DNA of 64,000 bases, from contig CM052816.1 in NCBI GenBank assembly GCA_028534125.1, positions 64,606,001-64,670,000 of the forward strand. The letters are read 5' to 3'. The first letter of the stretch is position 1. The number at the start of each line of letters is the position of its first letter. Shown here one piece after another: positions 26,410 to 40,195 of this stretch. The position numbers and the translations under genes are program-made. Below the pieces are notes generated by a model. That model did no database searches. It saw only the letters and a list, made by a program, of their open reading frames with translations, and was not told the origin of the DNA. This DNA comes from Lama glama. Its lineage: Eukaryota.

Positions 26410-27270
26410 ATTCGTTCATTCAGTGAGTCGACATATTTATTGAGCTCCTGCTATGTGCCAAGCAATATGTAAAAGGCCAGGAGCTGAACAAAGTTTAGCA
26501 TGACTGGAGCAAAGAATTGAGGGGAGAGGGCCATTGACAAGTGAAATGGTGAAGTAGGCTGGGACTAGACCGGGAAGAGACTTGTGTGCTTGGTTAAGAG
26601 TATGAGGTGAGAATAAGGTGACAACTATTGCATTTTGTCGCCTGCTTGGAGAATGGATTGAAGTTCAGAGCAAGAGTGGGAGCCAAGTTACTAACTGTCT
26701 CAAGAAAAGAAGTGATAGATGCCAGAGCCAGGCACATGACATTTGGGACCAAAAGGATGAAGATATTTGAAAAATATTTAAGAAATAGAATCAACCAGCC
26801 ATGGAAATTGGTTATAGTGAATAACGAAAAAGGAGGAGTAAGCAGTGATTCCCAGCTGTGTGCCTTGTATGGCAAGGTGAATGATGGTGATATCTCTCCC
26901 CAAAGGAGCAAGTTTTACTTTAATTTGCCCCGTATTGATTTTTCCCATATTGCTTTCAAAGAACTTGTGAAGATTTCACTTGGAGAGTGGAGGGCACAAT
27001 TGCATATATATGTTTGATGGTTAGGAGAAAGTTAGACATCTAAATGCAAGATGATACGAGAAATGAGGAGACCATAAGATCAAGTAGGCACAATTTTTGG
27101 AGTAAGAAGAGAGTTCAATGATAAAAACCTGAAAAAATATCAACACTTAAAGTTAGGAAGAAGATGAGACTGCTAACAGACTGAAAAGGGGTAACCAGAG
27201 GAAAACCAGGGTGGTGAGGTATCATGGATGCTGAGAGAAGACTGTTTAAAGAGGGAGCCATCAAAGGTGT
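26410..27270 (-). mobile_element. L2 LINE fragments
   Basis: ttcattcagtgagtcgacatatttattgagctcctgctatgtgcca (L2 3' end, antisense) followed by a purine-rich L2 body. Confidence 0.7.
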
Positions 27271-27985
27271 CAATTGCTGCCCCCAAATCCCTCCTTTGCT
27301 CTCAGTAGTTCTCCATCCCATTACTCTGATTTATTTTCTTCATTCAATTAATTGCTATTGTATTATATATTGCTATTATATTATATATTTATTTTCTTGC
27401 TAGTATATTGTCTTCTTAACCCCTTATTCCCAGTGCCTGAAAGACGGTTTGGCACAATTTGTGTGATATTTTGTGTTCTAAGCTGTATTATCCTTACATT
27501 TTAGTATTATGCTTTTAGAATGAGTAAATATGTTTCTGAATAGTGCATGTAATTTTACCTAAATAAGTAAGCATTATTTTTCTTAACCATGTTTTGGTTA
27601 GTTTTAAGCATGATTAAGGTTGCATCTACTGCTGTCATCTTGTCCCCAGCCCCAGTTAGTACACAGTTGACAATAATTCCTTTTCAGCTAGGTTATCCAC
27701 TCTAATAAAAGCATACAAACATACCCAGAGATTTTTATTCCACTCACTGCAGGAACTCAAGCAAAATGTCATGTGCTGTCATCAGAAGTTGTCAGTCTGC
27801 TTTGATTATGTGGCTTGTTTCCACCAAGTAGTTCTGCAGTTCTTCCAAACTGATCAGCAAAGTAAACTTTGGATAATGGGTAAAGTTGTCTGTTATCTTA
27901 AATTTCAGTAAAAATAGCAGTACTTTTTTGAAAAGAAGCAGCATTATTTTTTCCCTAATATGTCCAGAAGTCTTATAGCAGTAAT

Positions 27986-28106
27986 AATTTAAATCATGTG
28001 CTGAACAAAGTTTAGCATGATGGAGCAGAGAACTGGGGGGAGAGAGCCATTGGCAAGAGACGAAGCTGGCAAAGTAGGCGGGGACTAGAAGCACATGATT
28101 TAAATT
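27986..28106. repeat. Perfect 17-bp inverted repeat enclosing a diverged ~88-bp copy of 26483-26569
   Basis: AATTTAAATCATGTGCT (27986-28002) and AGCACATGATTTAAATT (28090-28106). Interior starts gctgaacaaagtttagcatga (identical to 26483-26503) and ends gggactaga (as 26561-26569). Confidence 0.9.
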
Positions 28107-28639
28107 TGGTTTCTCAGAGTCTTAATTCCAAAAAGTTCCTGGTCTAAGGAAGCTACTAAATATAGCTCTTTAGCACAGTCAGAATTCTGTGACCTAAACC
28201 TCTTACTTCATTAGAAGAAATGAATTTCAAAATGATGAAAGTTTTCTAACCAAATTAATCCGTCTGTAAATGGATTTTATTTCCTCTATAAGACACACTG
28301 ATTCCCTGAGCATACTTATCACTTCTGGTTAGAAATCTATAGTAATTCCACACACATCTCTCCTACCATTGCTTTGTGTGCTTATCAAAAGTCGGTGTTT
28401 GTCCCTAATCCTGTTAATGCAGGTTTTACTTATTTGTTTATATCATTTTAGTGTGAGCTGATGAAGTATGAATACAAAAGTTGCTGTTCTTACAAAAACT
28501 GAATGGACCGCTTTTGAAATACTCAGTGCAAACAAATGGCTTAAAACAAAGTGAGATATGACTGAGACAATTATTATAAAAGATTTGGGGAAAGTGTAAA
28601 AAGATGAAACAGTTTTTCTCAACTTTCCAAAATATTGAA

Positions 28640-28780
28640 ATCACATAGGGTATTTGGAAAAATATTCATGATAAAGTTCCAGTCCCAGGGATTCTAATTT
28701 AATTGGTCTAGGATGCTAGGATTTTTTAAAGTGTCCAGGTGATTGTCATGTGTAGCTAGAGTTGAGAAACATTGCTTGAG
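28640..28780. mobile_element. MER5-like hAT-Charlie MITE
   Basis: gggattctaatttaattggtctagg...ttttaaagtgtccaggtgatt...agagttgagaaacattg. Confidence 0.6.
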
Positions 28781-28965
28781 AAAGATTCCACATTCAGTTA
28801 TTTTGCATATGCCTTAAATTTTCACCCAACTAACATAAATAAGTTAACATATAAACAAATTTTGAAAATCCCTGAAAATCATAAAATATATATAATATGG
28901 GTATGGTTTATAGAAGAAGATATGGCCCTCTGTTCAGCACATTTAATTCTTCTTCAGACAGTTAG

Positions 28966-29992
28966 CAAATAGACAGTCCTTGCTTTGCATAGTAGTGCAT
29001 ATCCAGAAAACTGATTGTGTAAGCTGAAACCTATACAGTGATCTTAATAACTTGTGGAGAAAATCACAATTCTTCTGTGACCTTTAAAATTTTTTTGTCA
29101 AAACACCAGAAGACTGTCAGTATTTACAGAGAAATGAAAAAATAGTAAAGCTAATATTTAACACATTGTAATGTCAAACATTAGAAATGATACGAAGCGA
29201 AGTATATGTCTTTGTAAAAAGAAAAAAGAAAAAAAAATCCCAGCCTGTTAAGAGTAGTTTGAGCTGTGCTTGTCTTTTTCTCATTGTACAATTTACAATG
29301 CAAGTTGAGCTTCTTTCTTTTCAATATATCTTTTCTATACATTGGCTAATTATCACACTCCTTTCTAAATTTGTATCAGATCCCAACATTTTGTCCTTTT
29401 CATTGTCAATGTCATGAAATATCTCAAAGAGTTCTCTTAATGTGAAGATTTTTGCCAGTGTCACTTCCTCTGGGACATCTTCAGCCTTTTCATCACAAAC
29501 ACTTTTCCTCATTTATGTCAATAGGTTCACCTTCATTGATTTCCTCCATCTGCATATCTAGAGTTTCTAAAATGGCAGCAGTGTAGACATTCCTGCAGTC
29601 AGCTATCTTTTATAATTCCATTTATGTTCAGTTTGAGTTTCACTTCCAGCATTATCATTTTGCATTGCTTTTGTGCACTTTAATTTTGTTTGCCAGTTTC
29701 CTCAATCAGTTATGTGTTTTTGTGAAATTCCTTATGAGTTTATCTCAGGGGCACAGAGGTAACAAAACTAAACACTGTGTGTGAACTGAAAACAAATGCA
29801 GTGATCATCTACAGACTTTGAAAGAAGTCATACAAAGTGGTTGTTAATTATGATGTGCATATTGTTTTTATAGTGTTTTGTGGACTAAAAAGCAAGTACT
29901 GAACATTGTGCTTTCTGCTATTACAGTTGATATACCATGGTAACTGAACTTCATGTGTATCTATCAGACTATGCAAAATAAAGACTACTTGT
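28966..29992 (-). mobile_element. Tigger-type (TcMar) DNA transposon remnant
   Basis: Imperfect terminal inverted repeats agtccttgctttgcatagt / actatgcaaaataaagact. ORF 29321-29512 (DEKAEDVPEEV..FTLRELFEIFHDI..KDKMLGSDTNLERS) resembles the acidic C-terminus of Tigger transposases. Confidence 0.7.
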
Positions 29993-30199
29993 GTATTTAA
30001 GTTAAAATAAAGTATTTAAGGTATTTTCTATTAAGATTCCCTTCATTAAGTGATGTTGTAGTTTAACTAAACAACCACACAGTCCTATTATATTTGAAGA
30101 AGAGGTCTACTGTAATTTGCCCCAGTTTCTTTTTTGTCCCTGGCCATGGGCAAAGGCATGAACACTGAAATGCAGTGTTTACAATTCATACCCTCCTTT

Positions 30200-30840
30200 T
30201 TTTATTTTACAAATTTACTGAGGTACAATGACATGTAATAAACTACACATTAAATTAGAATATATAATTTAATGAGTTTTGACATATATATACACATTTG
30301 ATACCATCACCATAATCAAGATAACAAATATCTGTAAGCCCCCAAATTTCATCATGACTGTATATAATCCCTCTCACCCTTCTTTCCATGTTCCGCATTC
30401 TTTCTACTCTGGAAAACCACTAATCTGCTTTCTGTCACTATTCATTAGTTTGTATATATCAGAATTTTATGTAAATTAAATTATTTTTTTATCTGGGTTC
30501 TTTCACTCAGAAAAAATTATTTTGAAATTCCTCCATCCTGTTGCATGCATCCAGTCTTTTTTGTTGCTGAGGAGTATTCCAGTGTGTGGCTTTACCACAA
30601 CTCGGTTTACCTGTTTGTTTGTTGATGAGCAACCTAGTGGTTGCTCTAGGAATTATAGAACACCTACTTAACTTTTAATTTTCTAATTAGAATTAATATT
30701 TTTCTCCTTCATTTGGCATATTGAGATTTTATCACTTTTTACTTTCCATCATATATGTTGTTGTCTTATTTATTACATATACATACATTGTAAATTCCAT
30801 TGGTCAGTGTTACAGTTTTTGCTTTGAACCATCAACATCC
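30200..30840 (-). mobile_element. Old L1 fragments, antisense
   Basis: aaatttactgaggtacaatgacat...accatcaccataatcaagata...ctgctttctgtcacta are typical of L1M 3' UTR antisense. Confidence 0.7.
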
Positions 30841-31515
30841 AACAGATTAAGGCAAATTCTAGTAGTTAACATTCACTAGGCACTTGCTATGTGCTAGGCA
30901 TTATTATGAGCACTTCTTATGTTTCAGCTCATTTAATCTTAATATCCTCATCATTATAATGGTGGTTTACAAGTATTGAATATCAGAAATTTCCTTCATC
31001 TTTGTATGAGTACTTGTTACTCATTTTCATTTATAAATATTTTATTTGATTTATTTAATGTGCTTAATCGTTGAATGGAGCATACTCATTTTGTATTTCC
31101 ATAAGGCTTAAGAAACGTTTAAGGAAAAAATTTTTTAATGCTGTCATTTAAGCTTTTGCCCACTAGGTGTTGTCAGTTAAGTTTAAGTTATCAGAATTTA
31201 GCTTTTTGTTCATGAAAATTTGTTTGTCTCTAAGTATCTAAATTAAAAATTAATAAAATACATTCTTTATATAAAGTTTAAGTTAATGTTTTAGGAGAAA
31301 TTCTTTACATGCAATTGCTAATACTGTTGATATTTTAAAAATTGAGTAAGTTCTTTAAGTCTATAAATAGCTTTGGTATATATTAGATTTAAGCATTACT
31401 TGGAATTTTTGTACTCTATGTAATCTTAGTGAAATAAGGACTTTTTAATATTAAACTACTTTCTTGTTGTTTAGTTTTATCTTTCTTTTTTCCCCTTTTA
31501 ATTTTTATGTTTTAG

Positions 31516-31611
31516 GGTTTGGGGACTGGAGTTAAACAAAGACAGAGATGTTGAAAGGATCCATGGCAGTGGAGTTAACACCCTTGATATTGAACCTATT
31601 GAAGGAAGATA
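31516..31611 (+). CDS. ERCC8: ERCC8 exon 2, 96 nt
   Basis: ttttag|G..ATA|gtaagt. (R)[31 protein letters not shown](Y). Phase matches exons 1 and 3. Confidence 0.97.
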
Positions 31612-31959
31612 GTAAGTTTATTATACAATTATTATTTTTCTAAGTGAGATCCAGTAAAATGTTGCTTTCAGATTAATTTTATAAAGTTTTATAAAAATTA
31701 ATAATTCTTAATTATAGCATTTGCAATCTGACATTATTAATTTCAAATAAATACAGAATATTGAACCTATAAAATGCTGCCAAATAAATACTTCCAAACT
31801 ACTAGATTAGAAATATATTTGTCGTTAAATCAACATTGAACTTCTTTTGGATGCAGAGAGCATGTAAGTGCTAGAGTATGTCTTTAGGTGCTGTTTCAAA
31901 ACATAGTTGTTACTCTCAAGGAGTCTAGTAGGAAAACAGATACAGAAAGCAGAAGTATA

Positions 31960-32190
31960 TTTTGGAGAATAAAGTTTGAAGCACACTAAACTTGTGTTTG
32001 AGTTCCTCCTGGCTTTACATTTACTGGCTATGTGGCTTTGAGCAATTTATCTAACCTTTCTAACTCTCAGTAGCTACACAATGGGAACAACAATACCTAA
32101 CTAACAAGTTTGTTGTGAAGATTAATTGAGATAGTATGTATAACATGGTTAACATAGGACCTAGCTTATCATAAGTAGTTTCCAATATGT
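31960..32190 (+). mobile_element. MIR SINE
   Basis: tttactggctatgtggctttgagcaatttatctaacctttctaactctcagt...aatgggaacaacaatacct..gttgtgaagattaa. Confidence 0.75.
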
Positions 32191-33349
32191 TGTTAATCAG
32201 AAGTATTATCACCTATACTTTTAGTCCTTTCAATCCATTTTCCACACAACAGCTGAAGTGCTCTGAAAAATGCAGATCTGAACATGTCATTCCTCCCCCA
32301 CTAAAAACTCATCTATGCCACATTACTCTTACAAGAAAGTTCAAAACCCTTCATGTGGTCTATAATTAGGACAAGTGTAAAAATAACTAAAGAAAACTTT
32401 GTCTTGTCATGTTCTGTTTAGCATTTGCCTCCAAATTTTAATATTATAATGAAGTATTATTATTTACATTAAAGCCAGGCTAGGTTTAATAGAATTCCAT
32501 TTTTTATTTCCAGCTTTTGTCATGATCTCACCTAGTCATATATGGGAAACATGTACAGTGAACATATTCTTACTTTTCACACATGATTAAATCTAAAGAT
32601 GACCAGTGATAATTCTTTTCTTTTTCCTGATCTATTCTAGTCTCAACATAACACATCCCAGTCAAGGACAGCTGTGGGACATTTGCTTACAAAGTAATCC
32701 AGAAATGATTAGTAAGGGATAGCTGATTTCTTTTGTTCTTGGGTGCTAGTGGAAAAAAATATTCAGTACAACAGCCAGCCTTTGAGATAGTGATTAGTTG
32801 TTTGACCTATAAAGTACATGAATCCAGTAGGCCATCAGCTCAGAGAGTCAGTGAGAAATGTGGAAAATTATAGACTATATTAAATGCATGTGAGAAATAC
32901 AGGTTGAGGATATAGAGAAAGCATAGCATATAGAGAAAAGTCAAGATTCTCACTATAGTAGTTTCCCTGCTAGTAAAAATCTATTACTATTTATTTTATT
33001 GTTTGCTAACACTTGTATTTTGTGTTAAACACTTTTAGCAGAAAAGAGGAATAAAAAGCAAAGTGTATGTTTAATGGAAATTAAATACTGGTTTTCTTTT
33101 TCTCAAGAAATTCAATTCATATGTAACTTTCTCAAAATACTTGTTAATATTTACCTATCACCACGAAAGCTGTAGTGATATCACTGAAAACCAGAATACC
33201 TATGTCTTGTAAAGAAGCATTTATTTCCAAAGTTACAAATTAATTTGAGAAGTCTATCTGAAAACATTTTAACAAATCCATCTACATAAAGTACATTTGC
33301 ATATCACTCTTGAATTGTCCTTTACATCTTCTAAATTCTTCTGAGTTAA

Positions 33350-33990
33350 TTTCATGCATTTTTAGTGCAGCGTTTTCTTATCCATATAAAAACATGAAGC
33401 ACTATCTTTTACTGTGTTCACTCAGTTACCTTACAGTTAAGTAACATCATTGCCATCAGATACTTCAAAGTCAGTTAATTTCAATAATGGTTCAATTTTT
33501 TTCATCCAATTAATATAATCAAAGGAAAGCTTTTGGAAGTCATTCTGGCAAAGATGAAACACCTGACATTATTGTAAATACCATTTAAATTACATTTAAA
33601 ATTTCAGTGTTGAAACAATTCTTTGTTTTTGCATAGATAATACATGTAGTGCTATGGTAAAAAACGTATTTCACAAAGTTCAAATATGAAGGAAAAGATT
33701 TTTGGAATTGGTTGTAGTACACATGTAACTCACAACTGTGTCCAAACAAATTGCACCATTTTATCAACCAGAATAAAAGCTGTAGTTGTTAAAATTTACA
33801 AAGATTTCTCTATTTATACAATTAGAGTAACTGAACCACGAATTATTTGTAATGAAGCTAACGCTGAATATAAAAAAAACCTTCAGCATAACATTACTTA
33901 CTATCTTTACTGCCCCATCATCAGATTTAGAACTGTTTGAGCAAAGAACTTTGAAGAACTACTTGTAAATTAATCTAATTATTCTACAAA
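33350..33990 (+). mobile_element. hAT (Blackjack-like) transposase fossil
   Basis: HSGKDETPDIIVNTI (33541-33585), FCIDNT (33627-33644) and ORF 33686-33940 with GIGCSTHVTHNC, the hAT CxxH motif. Confidence 0.7.
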
Positions 33991-34249
33991 TTGATACTGA
34001 ATTTTTCTTAAATCTATAAATCAGTGCTCTTTGGACATGCTGCTAGTTCATGAATCCTTTGTAACTGATTCACAACAAGATAAGAAGCTTGTACCAAAAT
34101 GTAAATCTAAGCACTACGCAGACCGTTTAGATGAGCTGACTTTTTTTTTTTCATAGCAAGACTTTCTCAGTGAAGAAAGAAGTGTGTTTATTCTGGCACA
34201 AGCTCCTTATTTTGCACTTTAAATAGCAAAGAAACTAAATATGACAAAA

Positions 34250-35600
34250 TAAATAAACAATATACAACACTTAAAACAAATATAAGTGATCAAATATCCT
34301 CACAGACCACAAAATATGATGAATGGGAACAAAACACTGATAACTACAAGAGTGACATCAGCATCTGGCAGAGACAATAAAAACTAATGATAACTTCAAA
34401 ATGAGCAGCAGTTGAAAGCTCAGCAGGCCAGATTGACAACAGCAGGCAACAACTCTAGTTGTTCAAGGGATTCACAGTCAGGCCTGAAGGGGATGTAATA
34501 GTCTAGGCCCTATAATCTCTCCCACTAATCAGCTAAAGATCCCCTTATAGACAGAACCCTACATTGAGGAGAAACTGCTTGGACTAGAATCCAAAGTGCA
34601 GGGACAGTAGAAACAAAGGAAAAAGATGGATCAGATAAAAATTGGAGCACTGAATAAAACCAGGAAATCTCTAAAGTAAGTTGCCATAATTTGAACATCT
34701 CATTTAAGAAAGAAGAGGAGGATGTTCTAGAGATGTAAAATTTTAATGTTATTATAAACCAAGCCTCCCCTTTAGAAGAAAATTAATTTTACATAAAAAG
34801 GAGCAAAAGAATAGGATTATGGTCAAAGTCCATACAAAATTATCTTAATAACAAAGAGGCTAAACAGAGTAATTCCCCTATAGACAATGTAGTTATGCCA
34901 GAAAGATATGCCCACAAAATAGATCAGGACTCTAACCTAGTGTTTTAAAACTAGCTAAAAGTTAGTTTAAAAAGATACAATATATGAAAGAAAAACATAA
35001 GTTAGAATCAGAAAAACTCAGAAATGAGATGACCAAACTTAAGAAAGAAAAGTTTCAGAAATGAAGACTAAAACATAAGGAGCACAAGCAAGTAAATACA
35101 AAAGGTAATACCTTAGAAATAGAAGTCAGAAAGAAGGAGACATTTAAAAATCAAAAAGTGGAGAAAGAGAAGGATTCAACAGTTATGGATAATTATAGAA
35201 GACGGGCAGAGAAGATCCAGCATCTATATAACAGAAATTTCCAGAGAAGAAACCCAAAGGAAGAGAATGGAATAAAAACTAAACTATAATCCAAGGACAC
35301 ATTCCTAGAATAAGTAAAATCTGAAACTACATATAAAGGAAAGAAAATCATACTGTAACCAGACTTTGATTTTGAGCTGTATACTCAAGAAATGAAGTTA
35401 CTTATCTAAGATGTTCAAGGAAATAAAATGTGACTCAAGGGTTTTATATCCAACCAGATTGATTTTCAAGTATGAAAGGACAAATTATGAGTAACATACA
35501 AGAATTCAGGGAATATTGTTCTCATTAGCCCTTTCTTAGGAATCTACCAGAGAATAAAATCCGAGAATTAGAATGAGACAGCTACAGCATTGATGGTGAG
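34250..35600 (+). mobile_element. Old L1/HAL1-like 5' region and ORF1 remnant
   Basis: A-rich, ORF1-like text (gaaaaactcagaaatgagatg, gaagatccagcatctatataacagaaatttccagagaagaa, ttttatatccaacc). Confidence 0.55.
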
Positions 35601-35689
35601 CAATAATATTAGCAAATAGCAACACTTTATATAGATATATAAATATTTACATATATATAGATAGATCAATATAGATAAATTTGTAGATC

Positions 35690-36030
35690 TGTGTATCTTT
35701 CCTGCTAGATTGTAAACTCTGGGGAGACAGGAACCATGCCAGTCTTGTTCACAGTTGTATTAGCATAATGCCTAGCATATTTTAGAAGCTCGAAGTTGAA
35801 GGAGTTGAATAAATGTGTTCATAATGGAAGGAAGGAATCTAACACTTATTGATTCTTTGTTTTTTGCCACACAGTATAAAAGGCCTTTGCAGATGACTTT
35901 CATCTTTATATCAGCTTTATGATTTAGGTGAAAATGTCCCCCTTTTCACAAATAAAAAAACTTACATGAAGGAACTTGCCCAGGGTCAGATAGCTAGCAT
36001 AAGTAATAACTGGTCTGTCTGATTCCATTT
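35690..36030. mobile_element. L2 3' end followed by a MIR fragment
   Basis: ctagattgtaaactctgggga..gtcttgttcac..tgcctagca (L2), then aacttgcccagggtcagatagctag (MIR). Confidence 0.6.
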
Positions 36031-36348
36031 TCATTTGGCACAATTATAATTAGGACATTTAAAATGACTTTTTAATATTTCACTTTCTTAAGTAAGAAAT
36101 ATCTTTCGCCATTTTGTTTCTATTGTCCTTTCTTTTTGGAATCATGAAGGTAAATTTTAAATGATCACAGATTGAATCTTTCTGCATTCATTTTTCTACA
36201 AATATTAGATTAAAGTTTTTTAGTTTATTGTAGTCTATGCTAATGAAGATTTACTCTTTATTAGTGGGAATAATAAATTTGAGTGTTTGTAAATCAGTAA
36301 TTTTCAGAAATATGTAATCATAAATAAAAGAGCTACATAAAATGATAA

Positions 36349-36492
<144 letters not shown>

Positions 36493-39400
36493 TAATTCAT
36501 GAACTTATGAACAGTTGAGTGTATTTTACATCAAATGCAAAACATGAAAATAGCAGTCACATAATGTCTCAAGCATATTGTTCAAATGATGTATTTACAT
36601 GGAAATACCTTGACATTTTCTTACAAATAATAACTGAAATTCAGGTACAGCTGTTTTTAACATGTGACTTCCCCAAAAACACTTGGGTAGCAGTTTGCAA
36701 AAGGACTTTGTTTTAAAACTTTTGATTATGTTATTTTTATTCTACACCTACATAGCATACCTCAGTAACTAATTTTAGTTTTTAGTACTACTTAGTAGTA
36801 GATTCGCTTGAGTCTTTCAGCTAAATAGAAACACAAATTAGATTTTTCAACTGTTATTAATAGAACAAAAAGATTAACATCTAGAAGCCATAAATGTACT
36901 GGCAGTTCCTCACTGAACACACACACCTGTCTTACCTCTCTAACTCAAAGCAGCCTAACTTAACATTCTTCCCCTTGTCTTGGAGTTTTTTTGACTATTC
37001 TTTACTAGCTTTCCAGTCTTGAGACAATTATTATTTTTTTAAGTTTCTAAGAAAGTGTTTTGTGATTTTAATTTGTTCATAGTCATCACTTAATTCTTCC
37101 TCATCACCTGTGTTTTATCTGATGTTGAGCAAATCTGGAATTAACAGAGAATAGGTGTTGAGAAAATGCTTTCAAGGGGAAAAACTTCATGAACATTAAT
37201 ATCAACAATCACTCTATATTAAAGCTCTCTCCAAGGAACTAGAATAAATGTCTAAGTCCATGGAATATTTGTGAGGAAATTTATGATTATTTCTTGGCTC
37301 TGTTGCTTTACTTTGGAAGTACAGATTTAGAAAACTATTTCTCTGAGCCTCTGACAAAACTATTTTGTCTTAGAAGAAAATATACTTGCTCTGTCATTCT
37401 TGTAAGGTTTCTGTTAGACTTAAATGAAATACTGTCTTTTAAAAAGTACATTAAAAACTGTAAAGCTACTATGTAAATGGGAAGCAATACAGTTATAGGT
37501 ACACTTGGTACAAAACAAGACATCACTGCAGATACTTTTTAACTTGGTTTCTAAGATATTTACACCATTTTATACTCTCTCTCCATCCCAACCAAAAAAA
37601 CAAGCAAAAAAAAAATTTAAATTCTAAAGTGTGAGACAGTTATTCATTTTTATCATATTTTATCTTAGCTTAGATTTTAACATTGTTTAGTTTGTTATAT
37701 AGCAAAATAGTATTTTCATATATACCACATGCATTATAATGTTATTCCTTGAGTGGCTGTGATTTTCTTTTCTGGTGTGTAAAGTCAAGTAGATGTTTAG
37801 GGCATCAATCTTACTTTACTATGACTTTTTTCTTAGATTCAAAATCTTTCGTTCAAAAGCATGACTTTGAATGTAAATGGGCATATAGTAATCAGCTTTA
37901 TAGAATGAGTTAAAGTAGCATTTTTACATCCAAAAATTTTATAACCTAACTTTAAAATATAATTTTGGTAAAAATCTTTACTAGCATGCCTTAGACTGAT
38001 TCCTGATATTTATTTTTGCTTTACTTAATGTGTTTGTTTTTGAGCACCAAAAAGATTCCTTTCCATACCAAAATTCTTGTTAAATGTGAAAAACAGGTCA
38101 TACATAGCAGAATAATGTATTTTGACTTGTTTTTAAATTTAAATTTAAAATTAATGAGTTTTTATTTATGATCACTGCGTTAAAGATTTATTTAAAATTG
38201 GCAAATCTCTAGATTCTTAGGAACAAATAGAAATCAATTCTATCTTATCTTAAGCAGAAATTTGTTGAAGAGATATTTAGTTTATCACTAAATATACCAG
38301 CAGGAAAGTGGGAGAATCAATATAGAAAATGAGTTAAAAGCAAGAGAAACTAGGATAGAGAACACAGTCAGGGTCACACCACAGAAAAAAATGTAGTTTA
38401 GGTTCTACTACATGTTACCAACACAGACTCTCAACTCCACAGCTATGAGTAATTGCTAACTATTCCTAGTTTTTTAGCTGGAGTTTCAGAGTCCCAGACA
38501 GGATTGATGAAGCCCAGCACACATGTTCATGCCCTGGCTGCCAAGAACAAGGGAAAGAGAATATGTGGAGTCCCTTGCTTTCTGTTACAAGAGGCAGAAC
38601 TTTGCCTTTCAACAAAACAAAGGGGATTTCCACCAAAAAGGAGGAATTTTGATGCTCAGTAAGAAAAGGGCACATGTCCACTATAATCCACCCATTTGGC
38701 TGTCAAGCATCCATATAATCTTCCCATACCTACACCTACTTTAAAAAAAGTTTCAGCGTAACCTAATGGAAGTTTCCATTATTCAACCAAAAATATAATC
38801 ACTGCCTTCCCCAAAGAGCTATGATCCTGAGTCTATTTGGTTACCACATCCAGGTCCAGTTCAAGATAATGTCTGTTTTTCCACTAGTTTTACATGATCT
38901 TATATGAATATTATTCAACCTGTAGTCTCAATTGTATAGTTAGCCTGTATAAAATAATGGAGGTAAGAGAGAAGAAAGAAAGGGGAAATTAGTTAAAATA
39001 TACAAATGACATGGAAAGAAAGGAAATATGGTTAGACACTGTGTCCTTTTTTGTAGCTGTCTCAAGGCCAGAACTGGCACTTAAGACTTTCCTTCTTCTT
39101 GTTTTTTATTTCCTCAGGCAGCACCACATGTGTTCAAAGTCCTTTACCCTGTATTGTGAGCCAAACCTTTACCTTAAGGAATCACAGCTCATGATGATCC
39201 CTATCTGTGTAGAGTTGCAGTAGTCTTTTGTTTACTTTTGTTTATCTTATGGGAAATTTTTAACATAAGCAAAATTAGAGAGTAGGATAATGAACTTTGT
39301 ACCCATCACCCAGCTTTACCAGTCTTGTTTCATCTTTAACCCCACCCACCCACTCTGAGAATTATTTTGAAGCAAATTGCAGAAACATACCATTTTATTC

Positions 39401-40195
39401 ATAATTATTTGTCTCTGAAAGACATAAGCATAACCACACTACCATTATCTCACATATACAATAATTGCTGATATTAAGTATCCAGTTGGTGTTCAAATGT
39501 CCCTCCATTGTCTCGTAAGTGTTTCAAAACAGCCAGATTATTTGAATTAAGGTTCAGTAAAAGATACATATACTGTGTTTATCACAGGTTGAGAGCATAT
39601 ACTGCATCCTTCAGAATAGCACATCATCGTCACAAGGTGGTATATTGTAGCTGATATCATTACTGAGTCTTCAACAGATCATGCTTTTGTGGGTGATGGG
39701 TTACATAAGTAGTGAATCCCATTGACATCTACCAGTTGCATTCTTTAGTTATAGAAGTAAGGTTCTTAATTAGAAGCCTGTGGGACACTATGGAGGTATA
39801 TGAGGCAACAGTTCTGAGAATGATATTGCTGATAAAATGATACTCAAGAAAAGCAAATCCAAAACCAGAATAGGTATCTCTTCCAGTTAAGAAAAATCAT
39901 TGTCCCCTCCATGAAGAGGTCTGGTGTAGCTGACTGATCCCTTCAGGCTATAGTACAGAAATAGGAAGTCTTTCATTTTATGAGCCTTAGTAGGAAGTAG
40001 GCATCCACATCACATTTTGGAAGCCTGAAGCTAGAGATGCCTAGATATTCTCTTTTCCTAACAGCTGAGACATAGCATGTGACCTAGATTTGGCCACTCA
40101 TATCTTCCTTCCTGAGACTTCTACTTATTAATATAGTTTCAATTTTGAAACTCAGATAAATTACTTATCTCTAAATTTTGATGGCTGTTTTATAG

